A stretch of DNA of 64,000 nucleotides, from positions 96,001 through 160,000 of the forward strand of contig CAVYTU010000011.1 of the NCBI GenBank assembly GCA_963771465.1. Direction: 5' to 3'. Position 1 is the stretch's first letter, and each line of letters begins with the position of its first letter. Below the pieces are notes generated by a model. The model was not told where the DNA came from. It saw only the letters and a program-made list of their open reading frames with translations, and did not search any database. A program made the translations under genes and the position numbers. This document shows, one piece after another, positions 59,415 to 64,000 of this stretch. This DNA comes from an uncultured delta proteobacterium. Its GTDB lineage: Bacteria; Desulfobacterota; Binatia; UBA9968.

Positions 59415-59423
59415 GGTGGCCCC

Positions 59424-59471
59424 GTTCAATTCGTTCAAAAAGTTCAAATCGTTCCGCTTCGCAGCTTGAAC
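59424..59471. repeat. GTTCAA 9-mer element between convergent genes
   Basis: gttcaattcgttcaaaaagttcaaatcgttcc...ttgaac. Confidence 0.7.
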
Positions 59472-59474
59472 TTA

Positions 59475-60470
59475 CTACCGGTAGAGTTTGTCGATAAACC
59501 CTTCCTTTTCCAATTCCGCGACAGTCGAATCGTCGACGATATCGTCGACTTTTACCGTTGAAGCTGGTTTCTTAGCCAACGCCTCTTTCAGCTGGATCTC
59601 CATGCCTTCTCGGCCGACGTAAGGCGCGCGTTCGAATAGTTTGGCGTTGATCTCGTAGGCGGCTTCTAAGTAGGCCTCGTTATTCTGGCGTGAATATTTC
59701 GCCAGGATTTGTTTACTCTCTTCCTTGCGCGTCTTGAAGAATTGTACGCCTTCGGTCAGCGCCATGACCAAACGCTTGACGGTTGCGCGGTTTGTCGACA
59801 GGAAGCTTCTTGTCGTCGTGCCGCAAATGTACGGAAACGGGTAAGGCTTTTGAAACTCCGCGGTGCTGATCAGTACTCGCTGCGGCACGCCTTTGGTCAG
59901 ATGCAAGACTCCTGGAGGCGCGGGGAAAGCAGCGATCCTGCCGGTGCGAAATGCCGCGGCCCGTTCACCGCCGCCGCCGACTTGGATGATCGCCACGTCT
60001 TTATCCGGTTCCAAGCCAAGATTTCTAAGAAACACCCGCGCGATCACATCCGATGAACTGCCGATGCGACTGATGCCGAGACTTTTGCCTTTGAGTTGCT
60101 GCGCGGTTTTGATCGAGTCCTGGACGATGAGCTCATACGGCAGTGTATTCATAAAACAAGCGACGGCGACCAGGTTGGCGCCACCGACGGCGGCGCTGGC
60201 GATGGTGCCGCCGGTGCCATTGCCGAATTTCAGTTGGCCGGCAACGAGAACCGCGACGTTGGTCGATGAAGCCGGTATGAAGATCGACTCGACCTCCAAG
60301 CCGTATTTTTTGTACAAGCCTTTTTCCTGGGCGATGTACCAGTTGGCGCTCGGCGCGTCGATGGAGCTGTAGGACACCGTGAGCTTTTCCTGAGCGGAGG
60401 GATTATCGACCGCAAAGAGCGCAAAGTACACAAGGAATAATAACCCGCGCGCTGTTTTAGGCGTCGTCAT
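59475..60470 (-). CDS. NitT/TauT ABC substrate-binding protein
   Basis: KGLYKKYGLEVE, LKGKSLGISRIGS, ELEKEGFID. Confidence 0.88.
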   Translation of the reverse strand: MTTPKTARGLLFLVYFALFAVDNPSAQEKLTVSYSSIDAPSANWYIAQEKGLYKKYGLEVESIFIPASSTNVAVLVAGQLKFGNGTGGTIASAAVGGANLVAVACFMNTLPYELIVQDSIKTAQQLKGKSLGISRIGSSSDVIARVFLRNLGLEPDKDVAIIQVGGGGERAAAFRTGRIAAFPAPPGVLHLTKGVPQRVLISTAEFQKPYPFPYICGTTTRSFLSTNRATVKRLVMALTEGVQFFKTRKEESKQILAKYSRQNNEAYLEAAYEINAKLFERAPYVGREGMEIQLKEALAKKPASTVKVDDIVDDSTVAELEKEGFIDKLYR

Positions 60471-60578
60471 TGGGCCTCCGTTTCGCGTGGCATACTAGTG
60501 AAGGATTCTATTTCGGTCAAGGCGCCGTTGACGATAGTGTATTACGTCGGTTACTGTTCGAGCTGAAGGAGATCAAAC

Positions 60579-60863
60579 ATGCTCTCTGCTATCGTGCTGT
60601 TAAACACTGAACGAGACAAAACCAACAAGGTGGCTGAATCTCTCGCCGACCTCGACGGCGTGTCGGAGGTGTATTCGGTCGCGGGCCGCTACGACTTGGC
60701 GGCGATCGTACGCGCGAACGATAACGACCAGCTCGCCAAAGTCGTCACCGAAAAAATTCGCGCCGTGCCGGGCATCACCGGCTCAGAAACGCTCATCGCT
60801 TTTCGCGTCTACTCGCGCCATGATTTAGAGCGGATGTTCTCCATCGGCATGGAAAACCCGTAG
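60579..60863 (+). CDS. Stand-alone Lrp/AsnC ligand-binding (RAM) domain protein
   Basis: GVSEVYSVAGRYDL, PGITGSETLIAF; no HTH domain. Confidence 0.88.
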   Translation: MLSAIVLLNTERDKTNKVAESLADLDGVSEVYSVAGRYDLAAIVRANDNDQLAKVVTEKIRAVPGITGSETLIAFRVYSRHDLERMFSIGMENP

Positions 60864-60866
60864 CTT

Positions 60867-60982
60867 GCGACTGAAAAGACTCATCTACTTCGTTGCGCTC
60901 GATCTCCTCGCGTCACTGTACAAACAAACGCCTCCGCTCGTCGATTCTTCGCGCGTCTTGTAGCTGAACCTTTTTGAGACGC
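60867..60982. mobile_element. MITE-like element, about 115 bp
   Basis: Imperfect terminal inverted repeats GCGACTGAAAAGACTCATCTAC / GTAGCTGAACCTTTTTGAGACGC; non-coding. Confidence 0.55.
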
Positions 60983-60996
60983 CGGCTCAGAATCGC

Positions 60997-62484
60997 TCAA
61001 CTTCGGCGGAATAGTTTTACGATCAAGGGAATGAGCAGCAGAACTAACGAGAGCCCGAGGATGCTCGCGGAAATCGGATGAGTGATAAACACCGTCGCGT
61101 CGCCCTGGCTGATCGCTAAGGCGCGGCGCGCTTGAGTTTCGGCGAGCGGGCCGAGAATAAGGCCGATCACCGCCGGCGCGACCGGAAGATCCCAGCGGCG
61201 CATGGCGAAACCGAGCAGGCCAAAGACATAAAGCGTGATAAGATCGACCACCGATTGGTGCAAACTATAGGCGCCCAGTGTCGCGAAAACTAATATACCG
61301 CCGTAGAGCAGAGGCTGCGGTATCTCGAGCACCTTCACCCACATGCCCACCAATGGAAGATTGAGAATCAGCAACAGCACATTGCCGATGTATAAACTCG
61401 CGAGCAGTCCCCAAACCAGGTCGGGTTGCATCTGAAACAACATCGGTCCAGGTGAGATGCCGTAATTTTGAAATGCACTGAGCAAGACGGCGGCGGTCGC
61501 TGAAGTTGGAATTCCCAAGGTAAGCAGCGGCACCAGCGCGCCGGTGGCCGACGCGTTGTTCGCCGCTTCTGGTCCGGCGACGCCCTCGATGGCGCCCTTG
61601 CCGAATTCCTCGGGGTATTTCGTCAGCTTTTTTTCCATTGCGTAGGAGAGAAAAGTTGGGATTTCCGCGCCGCCCGCGGGAATTGAGCCGAAGGGAAAGC
61701 CGATCGCCGTGGCGCGCAGCCAAGCGGGCCATGAGCGCTGCCAATCTTGCTTCGACATCCACAGCGAACCTTTCAGCTCTTCGATCTTTTCTTCGAGACG
61801 GCTTGTGTAAGCGGCGACGTAGAGCGCCTCGCCGACGGCAAACAGTCCGACGGCGAGCACGACCACATCGATGCCGTCCAACAATTCCGGCACGCCGAAG
61901 GCGAAGCGTGATCTGCCGGTTTGACTATCGATGCCGACAACGCCAAGCAGCAAGCCGAGAAACAAACTGGTCAGGCCGCGTGAGGTGGAGCTGCCGATGA
62001 CAGCGGAGACCGTGGTGAAAGCAAAAACCATTAGCGCGAAATATTCCGCCGGGCCGAATCTCAGCGCGACTTCGACAATGATAGGCGCGAGGAGTGTGAC
62101 GAGAATAGTCGCGATCGTGCCGGCGACGAAGGAGCCGATGGCACAGGTGGCCAGCGCCGGACCGGCGCGGCCTTTCTTCGCCATTAGGTTTCCTTCCAAC
62201 CCGGTCACGATGGAGGCGGATTCGCCTGGTGTATTGAGCAAGATCGTCGTCGTCGAGCCGCCGTACATGGCGCCGTAATAAATGCCGGCGAACATGATCA
62301 GCGCGCCGGTGGGATCGAGCTTCACCGTGAGCGGCATAAGCATGGCCACGGTCAGTGCCGGTCCAACTCCCGGCAACACGCCGATAAATGTTCCGAGCAT
62401 GACGCCGAGGAAGCCCCAGAGTAAATTAATCGGCGTCAGCGCAATACTGAAGCCGTGCATTAGCGAGGTGAAAGTTTCCACCAT
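60997..62484 (-). CDS. tctA: TctA large TTT membrane subunit
   Basis: [40 protein letters not shown]. Confidence 0.93.
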   Translation of the reverse strand: MVETFTSLMHGFSIALTPINLLWGFLGVMLGTFIGVLPGVGPALTVAMLMPLTVKLDPTGALIMFAGIYYGAMYGGSTTTILLNTPGESASIVTGLEGNLMAKKGRAGPALATCAIGSFVAGTIATILVTLLAPIIVEVALRFGPAEYFALMVFAFTTVSAVIGSSTSRGLTSLFLGLLLGVVGIDSQTGRSRFAFGVPELLDGIDVVVLAVGLFAVGEALYVAAYTSRLEEKIEELKGSLWMSKQDWQRSWPAWLRATAIGFPFGSIPAGGAEIPTFLSYAMEKKLTKYPEEFGKGAIEGVAGPEAANNASATGALVPLLTLGIPTSATAAVLLSAFQNYGISPGPMLFQMQPDLVWGLLASLYIGNVLLLILNLPLVGMWVKVLEIPQPLLYGGILVFATLGAYSLHQSVVDLITLYVFGLLGFAMRRWDLPVAPAVIGLILGPLAETQARRALAISQGDATVFITHPISASILGLSLVLLLIPLIVKLFRRS

Positions 62485-62491
62485 GGCGAAA

Positions 62492-62992
62492 CTAAATCCC
62501 AGCGCCGCCGAGTAATGGCTTTAGCCAGCCGGCTGGCAAATTAACGTTTAGAAATTTGACAAAGAAAAAAAACACCGAAAGACCGAGCACGAGGCCGATG
62601 GCGAAGTCGCGCGGCATTTTGCCGCTGCCGAAACCGCGCGCAACGCACGCGAAAAGCGTCGCTTGAGCGAGGACGAAGCCGGCGCGGTGGATCAGCAGTA
62701 TCTGAGCGAACAGTCCGACGCTCACCCAGATGAAAGCGGCGGCCGAGAAGCGATGTTCGCCACGCGCTTCGGGTTCGTCCGGGCTTGTGTTGCGCCAGCC
62801 GCCGCTGAGTGTTTCGTAGAGCAACCAAATACCCAGCAGGATCAGGCCGCCGCTGACCACTGCGGGAGCGACGTTCGGTCCAATCTTGGCGTACCCACCG
62901 GCGCTGGACAGTTGTGAGGTGCCAACGGCAACCGCGACTCCCAGGACAAGCACGGCCAGCGAAAGAATCAGTTCGGCGGGTTTGGCTTTCAT
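62492..62992 (-). CDS. tctB: TctB small TTT membrane subunit
   Basis: [14 protein letters not shown]; lies between tctC and tctA. Confidence 0.88.
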   Translation of the reverse strand: MKAKPAELILSLAVLVLGVAVAVGTSQLSSAGGYAKIGPNVAPAVVSGGLILLGIWLLYETLSGGWRNTSPDEPEARGEHRFSAAAFIWVSVGLFAQILLIHRAGFVLAQATLFACVARGFGSGKMPRDFAIGLVLGLSVFFFFVKFLNVNLPAGWLKPLLGGAGI

Positions 62993-63050
62993 AAGATAGA
63001 AGAGAGTAATCGTAGGAGCCAATCGACGCGCGGGTCAAAACCGGAATTTT

Positions 63051-63129
63051 CACCACGAAGTTCACGAAGGACACGAAGGTCTCGGAAAATTAATTTCCGA
63101 ACTTCGTGCTCTTCGTGTCCGTCGTGGTG
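63051..63129. repeat. 9-mer repeat palindrome (CACGAAG / CTTCGTG)
   Basis: caccacgaagttcacgaaggacacgaagg facing cttcgtgctcttcgtgtccgtcgtggtg. Confidence 0.8.
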
Positions 63130-63147
63130 CAGGAGTTTTTTGCCGCG

Positions 63148-64000
63148 CTATTTAGCGCTCTTGATCCCCAGCGAATCGATAATGCCGCCGACGCGTTTGG
63201 TGTCTTCGTCGACGAATTTCTTATAAGCATCGCCGCTCACAAAGATCGGCGACCAGCCAAGTTTATTCAGAGTTTCTTTCCATGAGGCTGATTCGGTGGC
63301 GCCGCGAACGATCTTGATCAAGGCGTCGCTTTGCGCCGGAGTTATTCCCGGCGCGCCGAAGATGCCGCGCCAGTTGGACAGCTCCACATCGATGCCTTGT
63401 TCCTTAAGCGACGGGTGGCCGTCGAGTTTTGTCGCGCTGGAAACCGCTAGGGCGCGCATGCGGCCGCCTTTGACCTGCTCGGCGAATTCGCCGATGCCGG
63501 AAACGCCGGTTGTGACATGGCCGCCGACGATGGCCGCGATCGCTTCGCCACCGCCCTTGAATGGTACGTAGTTAATCTTGGCCGGATCGACGCCAGCGGC
63601 CTTGGCGATCAAACCGACCAGGATGTGATCGGTGCCGCCCGCCGAGCCGCCGCCCCAGGAGATGCCGCCGGGATTCGCTTTGAAGGCTTTCACCAGGTCG
63701 GCCATTGTTTTATGCGGCGAACTTGCCGGCACGACGATGATTTCATATTCGCCCGTGAGCCGAGCCAAAGGGGTGACCATGGAAAGATTCACCGGCGAGT
63801 TCTCTAAATAGATGGCGCCGACCATGACCATGCCGCCGATCATTACGGCGTTTGCGTCGCCTTTGGATGAGTTGACGAACTGCGCCAGGCCGATGGTGCC
63901 GCCGGCGCCGCCCTTATTGTCAAATTGTACCGATGAAACCAGCTTAGCGCTCTGCATCGCGGCGGCGAGACTCCTGCCGGTCTGATCCCAGCCGCCGCCG
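63148..64000 (-). CDS. tctC: Canonical TctC citrate-type receptor; 5' end outside window
   Basis: GGGWDQTGR at the window edge, NKGGAGGTIGL, GGSAGGTDH, NWRG. Confidence 0.92.
   Translation of the reverse strand, partial: GGGWDQTGRSLAAAMQSAKLVSSVQFDNKGGAGGTIGLAQFVNSSKGDANAVMIGGMVMVGAIYLENSPVNLSMVTPLARLTGEYEIIVVPASSPHKTMADLVKAFKANPGGISWGGGSAGGTDHILVGLIAKAAGVDPAKINYVPFKGGGEAIAAIVGGHVTTGVSGIGEFAEQVKGGRMRALAVSSATKLDGHPSLKEQGIDVELSNWRGIFGAPGITPAQSDALIKIVRGATESASWKETLNKLGWSPIFVSGDAYKKFVDEDTKRVGGIIDSLGIKSAK

Overview
A GC-rich bacterial chromosomal window devoted almost entirely to solute uptake and catabolism. It holds 17 tripartite tricarboxylate transporter (TTT) TctC/Bug-like receptors, two TctA/TctB pairs, about 8 ABC substrate-binding proteins (SBPs), and many hydrolases and oxidoreductases. 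The gene content resembles Candidatus Binatia-like genomes (inference only). Several things are not explained by the ORF track. (1) Two probable selenoproteins are split at in-frame UGA codons, each followed by a SECIS-like hairpin. One is a GrdB-like subunit with an atypical U-G-S-S-T-R-C motif, paired with a GrdE-like protein that lacks the cleavage Cys. The other is a 553-aa H-U-S-T-C (UGSC-like) fusion protein directly upstream of thioredoxin reductase. (2) A tandem TctC array has most spacers filled by one family of 9-bp-period GTTCAA palindromes, with signs of 5'-end shuffling between paralogs. (3) A solitary integron gene cassette (core site, ORF, attC) sits without an integrase. (4) There are deletion scars and gene relics, a MITE-like element, and at least six other families of short tandem-repeat palindromes. 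Several genes carry single-base frameshifts, often in homopolymers, which are probably sequencing or assembly errors. No rRNA, tRNA, CRISPR array or transposase was recognised.
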